DNA of 64,000 nt, taken from the IMG/VR virus record IMGVR_UViG_3300023176_002545, one strand, 5' to 3'. A model generated the notes under the pieces. That model was not told the origin of the DNA. It did not search any database and saw only the letters and a program-made list of their open reading frames with translations. The stretch comes from a virus. A program made the position numbers and the translations under genes. Positions 36,601-44,281 of this stretch are shown here, piece after piece; positions within the stretch are counted from its first letter, which is position 1, and each line of letters opens with the position of its first letter.

Positions 36601-39600
36601 AAGCAGTGCCTGATGAATTTTCAAGATTATATGACCTTGAAATTACAGACGACCTTGAACTTACTTTTATTGCAACAGGTAAATTAACAACTGCTGAGTT
36701 AGAAATAGTTGTTGATGACGGACAAGTAAAAGATGTAATTGTTGTTAACGAAGGTAGAGGTTATATTAAACCTCCAAAACTTGAAGTAGTTGGTCAAGGC
36801 AAGAACGCAGAAATTGAAGCTGAAGTTGATAAGTTTGGTAGAATATCAAATATTATTATTAAAAATCCTGGTACAGGATATTTAGATGATACTTATATTT
36901 CTGTAAGACAATACACAGTATTAAGCACAAACGTTGACAATACAGGTAAATGGGGTCTATACACTTATGACTCTAGAAACAAAAAGTGGCAATTAACTAG
37001 AGTACAATCTTATGATGTAACAAATTATTGGTCATATATTGATTGGTATGCAACTGGGTTTAATGAAAAAACTCCAGTAGACTTTTTGCTAGAAGGATCA
37101 TATCAATTACAAGACATTAATCCAAGACCAGGACAAGTAGTTAAGATTTCTAATATTGGTAGTAGCGGAACTTGGTTATTACTGCAAAGAAACAACGAAG
37201 TTAACGAAAATGATATTAACTTAAATTATAATGTTGTTGGTAGGCAAAATGCTACAATTCAATTGAGTGACGAACTTTATAACTTTGATGCAAATGTATT
37301 GGGGTATGACGGTATTAGTTATGAAGAAATTAACTATGATAGTATTCCTACCCAAGAAGTAAGAGCAATACTGGAAACAATTAGAAATAATATTTTTGTT
37401 GATAATTTACAGGTAGAATTTAACAACTTATTCTTCAACTCAATTCGTTACATAATGGTTGAACAGCCAGCAGTTGATTGGATATTCAAAACAAGTTTTG
37501 TAAAAGCAAAACACAATGTTGGTTCTCTTGAACAACGTTCTACATATAAAAATGATAATCTTATTTCGTATGAAGATTATGTTAACGAAGTTAAACCATA
37601 CAAAACTAAAATTCGTGAATTTGTAAGCAGTTATACTAATGTTGAAACTGTTAATACTCTTACTACAGATTTTGATCTAAAATCAAACAACAATATTAAA
37701 GTAAGAGACAACAGACTTGAACTTGTAGACAACAATTCTACACTAAGCATTTATCCAGACAAGAGTTGGAAAGACAATCACTCATATGGCATAACTGAAA
37801 TTGCAATACAAAATGCAGGAAGCGGATATCAAACAGCACCTGAATTAACAATCCAAGGCGGTGGCGGCACTGGAGCAACTGCTCGTGCATTTATTGGACG
37901 CAATGGTATTATTACTAATGTTGTGGTTACTAACCCTGGAACAGGCTATTATTCAAGACCAGAAGTTATTATAAACGGCTCAGTTGACGACACAGGCGAG
38001 GACGCAGTTCTTATTGCTGTACTTGGCAATGACACTGTAAGAAAAAATAATCTTACTGTTAAGTTTGATAGAATTGTTGGCACACAAGAAATTTCTACAC
38101 TAGATGTTACAGAAACATTTACAGGTACTGGACTAATAACAACTTTTGCACTAAAATGGCCAGTTGATTTGAGAAAAGGTCTTACAACTGTTACAGTAAA
38201 TGGTACTGAACTTTTAGAAAGTGAATTTACATTAGGAAATGCATCAACGTTCCATGAAACATTTACAAAATCATACGGTCATTTAGAAATTCCTAATCCA
38301 CCCGATGCAACAAATGAAATTGTGGTATCATATAAAAAAGACATTTCGTTCTTAAGAGCATACGATAGAGTCAAATACTATTACATGCCAATTGCTGGTC
38401 AACTTGCAAACGATCCAGGAGCACTAATGACTGGTATTGACTACGGCGGTGTTAATGTAACTGGATTTGGATTTGAACCTTCCGGTGGTTGGGGAACAGA
38501 TGGTACTTCTTGGGATAATGTAACTTGGGAAGGTGCAGACGAAACTTTTACAGATGTTACAATTTACAGTGATAGCAATATAGCAACATATACATTTGAA
38601 CTTCCACCTCCAAGTGGAGAAAGTTGGAACGTATATGTAAACGGTGTAAGAATTGATGATCCTAATTTTGGAACAACAACTCCTGTAACAAATACAAATG
38701 CAGTAATGAAAACAATACATGGTGACGATTCAACTGTTGCATTTGATATTCCTTTACAAGATGTGTCATCTTTAATATTAGGTGATGGAAATTCAGAACA
38801 AATTATTCTAAGAAAAACAACCAGCGATGGTAGTTATATTCCTGTAGGCGTAGACATTGACAGTGTTGTAAATGGTGGTGATTTAGGTTATACAGTTTCA
38901 ACTGGATATAACCCAGAAGATATTACTATGGACGGTGATGGGTTTGTTACTGAAACAACCAGCGGCGGCTTAGAAGAACAATTACCAGGACACGTATCAG
39001 AAGCAATAGACATGTTTGTTTATAACCTATCTAAGAGTGGTGGCCCACAAATTAACAGCATAAGTTATATTGCTGACGGCAATACTAAGAGCTTTGCATA
39101 TATTGCAGATCCGCAAAGTAAAGATGCACTAATTGTTAAAGTTAATGACCGTATATTGCGTCCAACAGAGTACAAGTATACTCCAAACTTTGCAGCATAC
39201 AGTGATTTCTTAAACGCATATCAAAGTAATTTAGATATTAGACAGACTAGACTTCCTGTAGTAACTGCTGAAATTGCAGATATTGATAGTCAACTTACAA
39301 CTCTTAATACTCAGCTTGATGCAGCACTAGATGATATTACAAATGCCAGCCAGGCTATTAGTTTTTGGACTAGTGAAAGAGATTTTTATGAAACTCAAAT
39401 ATTGTTTATACAATCACAGCTATCAGGATTAGATCCGTCAAATCCACTATTTGGTCAACTGCAATCACAGCTTGGTGCAGCTCAAGCAGCTCTAACTAAT
39501 GCAGAAAACAACTTGTCAGATGCACAAGATGATCTAGCAACAGCAGAATCTACTAGAGATGCTGTTAGTGCAGAAATAGCAACACTTGAAAGTGACAAGA

Positions 39601-41543
39601 CATCACTTGAAAGCGAGCAAACAGTTTTAGAGTCTGAAATTAGAGATTTAGAAATTGATATTCAATCATTGAATGACTACTTAATAAATCCAGGAAAAAC
39701 TATTATTCTTAATACGGAACCAAATGCTAATGATATTGTTACTATAATGACATTTGGTACTAACGGTAATGACATTATTTTGATTGACGAGTTTAAAGGT
39801 GATGGCAGTACTAATGAATTTGTTACTCCACTTAAATTTACAGACAACTTAAGAGTGTTTGCAACAGTTAACGGTAAACGAGTAAATCCAAGATTGTTTG
39901 TTACAACAGAAGATTATGAACAATCAAACAGATTGGGACTTGACTTTAATCCAACACCTGATGCAAATGCAGATATCAAGTATACTGTTTATAATAGTGA
40001 TGCTCCAGATTACAGTTATATACAAAGACAGATATTTACAACTGATGGAAGTACAACAACTTATGATCTAGATCCTACACCTTATGGTGCAATACCTAGT
40101 GCAAACTTCCTAGTAGTATTTGCAGATAACAAAATGCTTAACGGTGGATACACACAGGTTTATACAGCAACAGACTCAGACGTTTATCAAGTTGATTTAA
40201 GCGATTTTAGTGATGGCGAATTTAGTGCAGATCATACAGAAGTTTATGTTGACGGAGAACTAAGAAGTCTTGGTATAGACTATCAGATTGACTTTGGTAA
40301 TAACGAAATTAATTTTACACCTGGTAAAATCAGTGCTGGACAAGAAATTAAGATATTCATTATGACGCTAGGCGAATATTATGTAATGAACGGCAAGTTG
40401 GTATTCCCAACAGCACCTGCTTCTGGTACAGATATTATGATAATGAGTTTCTATAACACAGACCTGTTTGATACAAAACACAGATCTAAAACAGTACTAA
40501 GCAGAAGAACACTTACACCTGATAGTCAATGGTACAGAAGCAGTGTTGCAGCTAATGCTGGTATTATTTTACTTGATACAAAAGTTTCAAATGCAAACTA
40601 TGTACTAGTTGCAGTCAACGGACAAATGCTAACACCTCACAGAGATTATACTATTATTGAAGGCGGTGCAGCAATACAAGTTGACATTGCTCGTAATATT
40701 AATAAAACAGACAAGTTTAGTATAGTTGTGTTTGATTACGATCCTGTTGAAAAGAGTTTTGCGTTTAGACAGTTTACTGATAATCTAAATAGAACGCATT
40801 ATAAAGCAATCAACACAGATAAATCAACAAAACTTGCTGCTGAATTAAATTGGTATGATAATACTATTATAGTTGAAGATTCAAGCATACTTGATACACC
40901 AAATGCACAACAAAATGTTCCAGGAATTATTTTTATAGGTTCTGAGCGTGTTGAATTTATGAAGAAAGACGGTAACGTACTAAGTCAACTAAGAAGAGGA
41001 ACACTTGGCACAGCAACTAAAGAAAATTATGCAATAGGTGAAGAAGTACTAAACCAAGGTAAAAGTTTAACTGTTGATTATTTAGACACAGAAATAACAG
41101 AAATATTCTACGGAGATGGTGTAACACAAGAATTTGCACTGCCATACACTCCGAGGTTAAATACATCAACAATTGGTGCCGGTAATACTTGGAATAGACA
41201 ACATGAAACTGATTCAAGCGTTACTCCAGTTCCAGAAACATATGGACAAGCAGATGATATTGAAGTTTTTGTTGAAGGCAAGCGTTTGTTAAAAGCTCCT
41301 TGCACAGCATATAATCCAGATAAAAACCAAGCAAGTCCAGCAGGTGATAGTAATTTACCTGCAGATTTTAGCGTTGACGGTACAGCAAAAGTACGCTTAA
41401 CAGTGCCGCCAAAGGTTGGAGCAAAGATAATTGTTAAGCGTAAACAAGGAGTATTGTGGACAGAGCGTGGAGTTAGCCTAGCAGATACAGAAAATGCCAT
41501 AGGTAAGTTCTTACGTGCTCAAACAGTTTCGTTTCCAAAATAA
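27624..41543 (+). CDS. Giant (4639 aa) baseplate wedge / adhesin-like structural protein (gp7 position)
   Basis: Follows the gp6-like gene. Contains FG-GAP-type repeats, four W/Y-x5-Y-x4-V-x-Y/H CBM5/12-like repeats, G.GY..AP...I.GGGG.GA repeats, short beta repeats and a coiled-coil insert. Confidence 0.75.
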   Translation: MANEQQETNLPGETRDERKTSLDLLPKYFRSNTNKKFLAATLDPLIQDGQIEKLNGYLGRKTAKSFKTTDNYLQDVTDDRQNYQLEPALVVKDNNENITYYKDYNDYINQIRAYGGNTVNHSRLNTQEYYSWDPRVDWDKLTNYREYYWISQGPVAISIAGQEKGITSTYTVKLQNNGDNKSYILSPDGLTNNPTIKLFRGQTYNFEVDQKNNPFFIKTKKTKDGFEYNEDVVNNGIEKGIVTITIDQNTPDILYYVNTADLNASGLIQVLEIEENTEIDVDNEIVGKKTYQLKSGHYLSNGMKVNFLGDVTPAKYAEGNWYVEGVGKEIVLVSEQELETTYPGQVLEELQFDDVAFDIVPFDQNSEKDKDYITINRAAYDGNHWSRANRWFHKDVIEKSFEIVGLTPVIDQTARANRPILEFIPGIQLYNNGWNRIGDVDLVDTTTTNIMSEIEGSIGYYVDNINLVEGMRVIFTADTDLLIRDKIFTVKFIRFENERLITLIPDNDIEIATGDTVIVKSGKVNQGKQFWFNGTQWTEAQQKTASNQPPLFDLFDGNGVSLSDSSVYGATSFVGNKVFSFAVGNGTADSVLGFPLKYLSISNIGDILFECNLLSDTYEYVKNEKKFSINADDTYIKVWRRATKTFGYHSAWERAVTESKQEVIRHYIADLTRNSFEIDVYDSPAELSDLKVKVFVNNKLRRDYTLTTGANGSLYVTFDADLNENDGIIIKTTSLENKNDNGYYEFPLNLQNNPNNDNPVNITLGEITDHVESIANAHPDFEGSFPGVTNLRDIATLSGYGTRFVKHSGPLNIALYHLTNKDTNVIKAIEYAAKSYDTFQKTFLDQITTFNITNDPNIDVDNILENITKTNKVGDSFYNSGMVPFRAFNKIVHTVVDPSFELYGISEIYEPYKHQDKALLVYLNNEQLLLGSEYEFIDDNFVKILKTLAVDDTIEIREYSTLVGNYIPPTPSKLGMLPKYEPKKYLDTTLRIPVNVIQGHDGSIIRAFDDYRDELILELERRIYNNIKIQYTNDLIDIYNFYPGGFRTTDYSLTETNNILRPMFLKWHKNLTTSYTDNTFYAEGEPFTYNYSSGSFNGKQLPGFWRGIYLYWYDTDRPHLTPWEMLGYSIQPTWWEDTYGPAPYTSENLILWRDLQEGRIKEPGNQRVDNDFSRPGLLDIIPVDENGRLKDPIFTNIAQNYEATLFGSEYKFGDFAPVENAWRRSSTYRFSQLAAWFLSKPSQVFGVYLDRAHTARDVSGIVKYAGEYVSLAGLSDKVSNTALASGLIDYVNNWLYQTSSSFVENYKFDLANATNQLGAKLAGYTEKSKFRLILDSRTPLNEGNVFIPSENYEIFLNKSSPVDVLAYSGVIIEKRTNGFLIRGYDQKFPYFTYRPVLTSQNDTLITIGAISESFINWAEEKNYIEGKTVQYAGNFYRCKESHTSDENFDETKFVRLPSLPTVGGNSYFYRKLYDQIGYKVLTYGTVLKTVQEVVDFIFGYSKYLEEQGFIFDNYDNENQILQDWETSIKEYVFWTTQNWAEGTVIALSPGAQTFSLDVEYTNVDSLNNDFYDYEIYNSSGTRVPIQNLEVTRANNKFTVESLGEEGIYFARLHLVQTEHVVLLDNTTVFNDTIYEKSAGYRQERIKVLGYKTILWDGGLTTPGFIFDNVVINDWQPFQTYKIGDIVKHKEYLYSATSKVVAGEYFDTKNWQKIDNQQTSVLLPNWDYRAEQFTDFFDLDTDNFDTEQQRLAQHTIGYQKRRYLENIINDDVSQYKFYQGMILDKGTKNVLSKMFDKLGAADKESLEFYEEWAIKSGDYGAVDSFVEVEYLIDESLVRLEPQPFELVDAINSSSTDLVYRLSKEDVYSKFDGYNHKPFMQTNKLPDFIRTAGNVDENDVTANVKTIDDILKLNIDEFKVGSTVWVSFYNSTWNILRLQNSKINVLSAAASGTDVRVKLTQPNAVSVGDIIGIKNISAEVDKFYKVKSVDSYTVILAADKKLDEDVQVDDSSQGLLFTFVDARIPDMSSINDITPIEGFQQGEYIWVDGEKGNWQVLEKNKVYELAAINNNTSTTRSFGSAIAVDEYNRDFIVADPAHTVTETLQRDSNDVVTKVIKTSDAKVNVYARPNDVTQHRLIQTITLPESLYESGFNTQYSVEEKRPLFTGFGSVIALSPDTKFLAVGLPDAGNVPSYFLGDWNSALTYNTEDVVLYNGKFYKALSDGLIATSPDLVADWEEVGYNPVDSKSTSNSGVDGQGIVVVYGRTGSGSFSILFIMQSPEIEAYQKFGEKITIAKVGEESYRMFVSAVRQGSVGAVFVFDRNIDTGGLWKYRPDLYLPLAANPDGTSDVEISTISMDFGQSVAHSRDGKILAVSAPNANSVYYENYKGQYSPSLTYAVDTVVEYNGAYWKKLTTAGAGTLPALGINWEELTQDTSGSFGKVFVYKYENNKYNLVQTINERTLDNLDFGQGDKFGYSIAFTKDAATLVIGSPAYDTNLTDTGKVVILENDFATTSSNVNYSLVQTLQVRSQVNQQFGVGVSISDDVIVVGSRRGDQIQPIMIDNGETTFDSDSTYISNVFENTGKIDVYRKYKGQYTYEDSLVVPDENASNLGENVIANKNHVITGVNAYNDLQGAVLDFHRPQNESVWKVHRQAIFPADVTKIKSAFLYDTRKNIVLKELDVIDPLQGKIVGAVEQELKYKTFWDPAVYTVGNETLNVDEVGSWDGTHLGEVWWDLTTARFVNYHQNSALYRGNNWSKLNEYGSIDVYEWISSKFKPSEYDALSDTEEALALGISGKSKYGDAAYSIAREYDPVAKIFTSKYMFWVKGKTTIPYVEGRSMDVSSMATLIADPKAAGYTHIAITSNDSFVLYNAKQYLNDKDTALNIRFWTTDKIDTNIHRQYQIVSEGLDISVPNDTIVDKWFDSLVGFTPTGLPVPNININEKQRYGILNKPRQSMFKNRIEALKQAVEYCNYIFSKNVLVDDFDLTPLFEKEAVPDEFSRLYDLEITDDLELTFIATGKLTTAELEIVVDDGQVKDVIVVNEGRGYIKPPKLEVVGQGKNAEIEAEVDKFGRISNIIIKNPGTGYLDDTYISVRQYTVLSTNVDNTGKWGLYTYDSRNKKWQLTRVQSYDVTNYWSYIDWYATGFNEKTPVDFLLEGSYQLQDINPRPGQVVKISNIGSSGTWLLLQRNNEVNENDINLNYNVVGRQNATIQLSDELYNFDANVLGYDGISYEEINYDSIPTQEVRAILETIRNNIFVDNLQVEFNNLFFNSIRYIMVEQPAVDWIFKTSFVKAKHNVGSLEQRSTYKNDNLISYEDYVNEVKPYKTKIREFVSSYTNVETVNTLTTDFDLKSNNNIKVRDNRLELVDNNSTLSIYPDKSWKDNHSYGITEIAIQNAGSGYQTAPELTIQGGGGTGATARAFIGRNGIITNVVVTNPGTGYYSRPEVIINGSVDDTGEDAVLIAVLGNDTVRKNNLTVKFDRIVGTQEISTLDVTETFTGTGLITTFALKWPVDLRKGLTTVTVNGTELLESEFTLGNASTFHETFTKSYGHLEIPNPPDATNEIVVSYKKDISFLRAYDRVKYYYMPIAGQLANDPGALMTGIDYGGVNVTGFGFEPSGGWGTDGTSWDNVTWEGADETFTDVTIYSDSNIATYTFELPPPSGESWNVYVNGVRIDDPNFGTTTPVTNTNAVMKTIHGDDSTVAFDIPLQDVSSLILGDGNSEQIILRKTTSDGSYIPVGVDIDSVVNGGDLGYTVSTGYNPEDITMDGDGFVTETTSGGLEEQLPGHVSEAIDMFVYNLSKSGGPQINSISYIADGNTKSFAYIADPQSKDALIVKVNDRILRPTEYKYTPNFAAYSDFLNAYQSNLDIRQTRLPVVTAEIADIDSQLTTLNTQLDAALDDITNASQAISFWTSERDFYETQILFIQSQLSGLDPSNPLFGQLQSQLGAAQAALTNAENNLSDAQDDLATAESTRDAVSAEIATLESDKTSLESEQTVLESEIRDLEIDIQSLNDYLINPGKTIILNTEPNANDIVTIMTFGTNGNDIILIDEFKGDGSTNEFVTPLKFTDNLRVFATVNGKRVNPRLFVTTEDYEQSNRLGLDFNPTPDANADIKYTVYNSDAPDYSYIQRQIFTTDGSTTTYDLDPTPYGAIPSANFLVVFADNKMLNGGYTQVYTATDSDVYQVDLSDFSDGEFSADHTEVYVDGELRSLGIDYQIDFGNNEINFTPGKISAGQEIKIFIMTLGEYYVMNGKLVFPTAPASGTDIMIMSFYNTDLFDTKHRSKTVLSRRTLTPDSQWYRSSVAANAGIILLDTKVSNANYVLVAVNGQMLTPHRDYTIIEGGAAIQVDIARNINKTDKFSIVVFDYDPVEKSFAFRQFTDNLNRTHYKAINTDKSTKLAAELNWYDNTIIVEDSSILDTPNAQQNVPGIIFIGSERVEFMKKDGNVLSQLRRGTLGTATKENYAIGEEVLNQGKSLTVDYLDTEITEIFYGDGVTQEFALPYTPRLNTSTIGAGNTWNRQHETDSSVTPVPETYGQADDIEVFVEGKRLLKAPCTAYNPDKNQASPAGDSNLPADFSVDGTAKVRLTVPPKVGAKIIVKRKQGVLWTERGVSLADTENAIGKFLRAQTVSFPK

Positions 41544-41567
41544 ATACAGTATGGTAGAGAGAAAAAA

Positions 41568-42179
41568 ATGACAGCTATAAAAGAACCAAGTGGAATACAC
41601 GTAGAAGGACATATTAAAATATATGATCCTGAAACACAAGAAGTTTACGTTAACAAGCGTAATGCTATTCATTATGAGAACATGAGTATTGCTTTAGCAG
41701 AAAGTATTGCTAATGCAGGTCAAGGTAACATATATGAAATGAGCTTTGGCAACGGCGGTACAGCAGTTGATCCAACAGGCATTATTACTTACTTAACACC
41801 TAACTCAACCGGTACTAATGCAAGTTTGTATAACCAAACTTTTAGTAAAGTTGTTGATGACCGTAGCACAGAAAATACTGATCCGCTACGAAACAGAATT
41901 GAAACAAGACACGTCACTGGCGTCAACTACACTGATATAGTCGTTAGCTGTCTACTAGACTATGGTGAGCCAGAAGGACAAGATGCTTTTGATAACTCTA
42001 CCGATACAGAAGCATTGTTTGTATTTGACGAACTTGGTCTAAAAGCAAAACGCACTACAGGTGATAACTTGTTAGTAACACACGTTATTTTCCACCCTGT
42101 GCAAAAATCATTAAACAGACTTATACAGATTGACTATACAGTTAGAATCCAAAGTCTGTCAGGAGGCAGTGAGGTTTAA
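41568..42179 (+). CDS. Baseplate protein (gp8 position), putative
   Basis: 203 aa after the giant wedge gene; FDELGL and THVIFHPVQKSLNR.IQIDYTVRI motifs; TAAATA at 41541-41546. Confidence 0.6.
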   Translation: MTAIKEPSGIHVEGHIKIYDPETQEVYVNKRNAIHYENMSIALAESIANAGQGNIYEMSFGNGGTAVDPTGIITYLTPNSTGTNASLYNQTFSKVVDDRSTENTDPLRNRIETRHVTGVNYTDIVVSCLLDYGEPEGQDAFDNSTDTEALFVFDELGLKAKRTTGDNLLVTHVIFHPVQKSLNRLIQIDYTVRIQSLSGGSEV

Positions 42180-42181
42180 CG

Positions 42182-44281
42182 ATGGCATATACTATTAACT
42201 TTAGTGATACTACAAAAGAACCAATCGTTGTAGACGATCTCACTATTAACGAGCAAACTGATCTTAAATTTATTGGTAAAAACACCGCAGGTTATGCAGT
42301 AGCAACAGGCGAAAACTTCTTGCACTTGCTAGAAAATTTTGCTAACATTGATGCACCTAATAACCCAGTTGAAGGTCAGATGTGGTATAACACTACATCA
42401 AACGTGATGTATGTGTTTGATAGTACACAATGGGTTGAAGTAGGCGGTCTTAAAAAATCAAATTCAAAGCCAACAGCAGCAGAAAGCCAAGAAGGCGACT
42501 TATGGGTTGATGCTGGAACAAAGCAATTATATTTGTTTGCTAACGGTGCTTGGATTCTTGTAGGTCCGCAGTTTAGCGAAGGTAACAAGACAGGTATTAT
42601 TGCTGAAGAAGTTATTGATGTTAACAGTAACGCATATCAGGTAATTAAATTATTCATATCAAATGAACTTGTAGCAGTGTTTAGTTCAGCTGAAGAATCA
42701 TCAGGTGTTCCGTATATACGTCCAAGAACACAGATTCCAGGCTTTGAAGTATTATACAAAGGTTTAACACTTAAAAATGCTACAAGTGGCGAAGCATTTA
42801 AATATTACGGCACAGCAGAACGTGCAGAATCATTAAGTATTGCAGGAAGCACAGTTGCAGCAGCAAACTTTTTAAGAAATGACATCAGCGGTGCTATACA
42901 AGGTAACTTGCGTGTAAAAGCAGATGCTGGTATATTCTTAGGTGAAGAAGGTACATTTAATCTGCGTGTTGCAGGCGGTGAGGGTATCCTTACTAACACT
43001 GTTGACGGTGCAGATATCAAAGTACAGGTTAATAATGCAGGTGTAACACTAACACCTATAACAGTTTCTAACACAGGTAATATTACATTTACAAATGAAT
43101 TAACAGTAGATGGAATTGAAACAAGTAGTCCGATTGTAGTTACAGATAATTCTACAAGTACAAATACTCAAACAGGTTCAATAAGAACTGCCGGCGGCAT
43201 TGGTGTTACAGGAACTTCATACTTTAATGATGTTGTAAAAGTTGCAGGAAATTTAACAACTACAAACCTTGTTACAGAAGGTCAAGGCATACACGATATT
43301 GGTAGCAGCACAAACAAATATAGAAATGTGTATGCAACCAATGTTAATACAACTGTACTAAACGTAGAAACTATTACAGGTAACAACCTAACAATTGAAG
43401 GTAACGTTGAAAGTGCTACGTCATTAGCAAACACAACTACATTTAGAATAACTGGTGATGTTATTAGTAATGACATTACATTTGATGGCACAGCAAACCT
43501 TCAAGGTCAGTTTTTACAAGAATTTGAAGCATCACTTGGTCCTGATCTAATTGCTAATAAATCGCTATTGCCACAAGGTGATATTGACAAAGAGGCTGAC
43601 GAAGTTCTTATTAACGATGTTGGTGATAGTTTAAAGAAAACAACCGTACAAAATTTATTAAGTCTAGTATTAGGAACTGTTCCTGTAGGTACAATTTTAC
43701 CATGGGCTGGTGACTTTTCTAACACTGCTACAAGACCTAGCGAAAACTGGTTACTATGTGATGGTAGCCAAGTTAGCCAAACCAAATATAACGAACTTTT
43801 TAATGTACTTGGTGGAGCAAACAATTTATATCCGCAGGTAACTCCAGCGGATCCAGGTAACTTTTATCTTCCAGACTTAAGAGGAAGAATGGTACTTGGT
43901 GTAGATACAATGAACAATGTTAGTGGAACAGGAGGCGGTGCCGCTAACAGAATTACAAATAACGCAGCAGCCGCAGTTGGTAGAACAGGTGGTGCTGAAT
44001 CAAGAGTCTTGAGCGTTACTAATCTACCAGACCACTCACACAACATGGAAAGTACAACAGGGCAACCTTTCTATGCTTACAGAGACTATAACGACGGTAC
44101 AACAGGTGACGGTGTGTCAACAACAGCGTCAGGAACTATAACAGACGGAGCTCAGCTATCGTCTAATGCAGGTGGTGTTGTAGCAACAGATGGTAGTGAT
44201 GTAACTACAGGAAATCCGCTAAACGTGCTTAACCCATACATGGCTCTTAACTACATAATTTACGCTGGGGAAGTTACATAA
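42182..44281 (+). CDS. Short tail fibre / baseplate protein with phage tail-collar domain
   Basis: Collar motif VPVGTILPWAG...WLLCDG...Y.ELF.VLG...LPDLRGR (about 43680-43900) and NPYMALNYII C-terminus. Confidence 0.8.
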   Translation: MAYTINFSDTTKEPIVVDDLTINEQTDLKFIGKNTAGYAVATGENFLHLLENFANIDAPNNPVEGQMWYNTTSNVMYVFDSTQWVEVGGLKKSNSKPTAAESQEGDLWVDAGTKQLYLFANGAWILVGPQFSEGNKTGIIAEEVIDVNSNAYQVIKLFISNELVAVFSSAEESSGVPYIRPRTQIPGFEVLYKGLTLKNATSGEAFKYYGTAERAESLSIAGSTVAAANFLRNDISGAIQGNLRVKADAGIFLGEEGTFNLRVAGGEGILTNTVDGADIKVQVNNAGVTLTPITVSNTGNITFTNELTVDGIETSSPIVVTDNSTSTNTQTGSIRTAGGIGVTGTSYFNDVVKVAGNLTTTNLVTEGQGIHDIGSSTNKYRNVYATNVNTTVLNVETITGNNLTIEGNVESATSLANTTTFRITGDVISNDITFDGTANLQGQFLQEFEASLGPDLIANKSLLPQGDIDKEADEVLINDVGDSLKKTTVQNLLSLVLGTVPVGTILPWAGDFSNTATRPSENWLLCDGSQVSQTKYNELFNVLGGANNLYPQVTPADPGNFYLPDLRGRMVLGVDTMNNVSGTGGGAANRITNNAAAAVGRTGGAESRVLSVTNLPDHSHNMESTTGQPFYAYRDYNDGTTGDGVSTTASGTITDGAQLSSNAGGVVATDGSDVTTGNPLNVLNPYMALNYIIYAGEVT

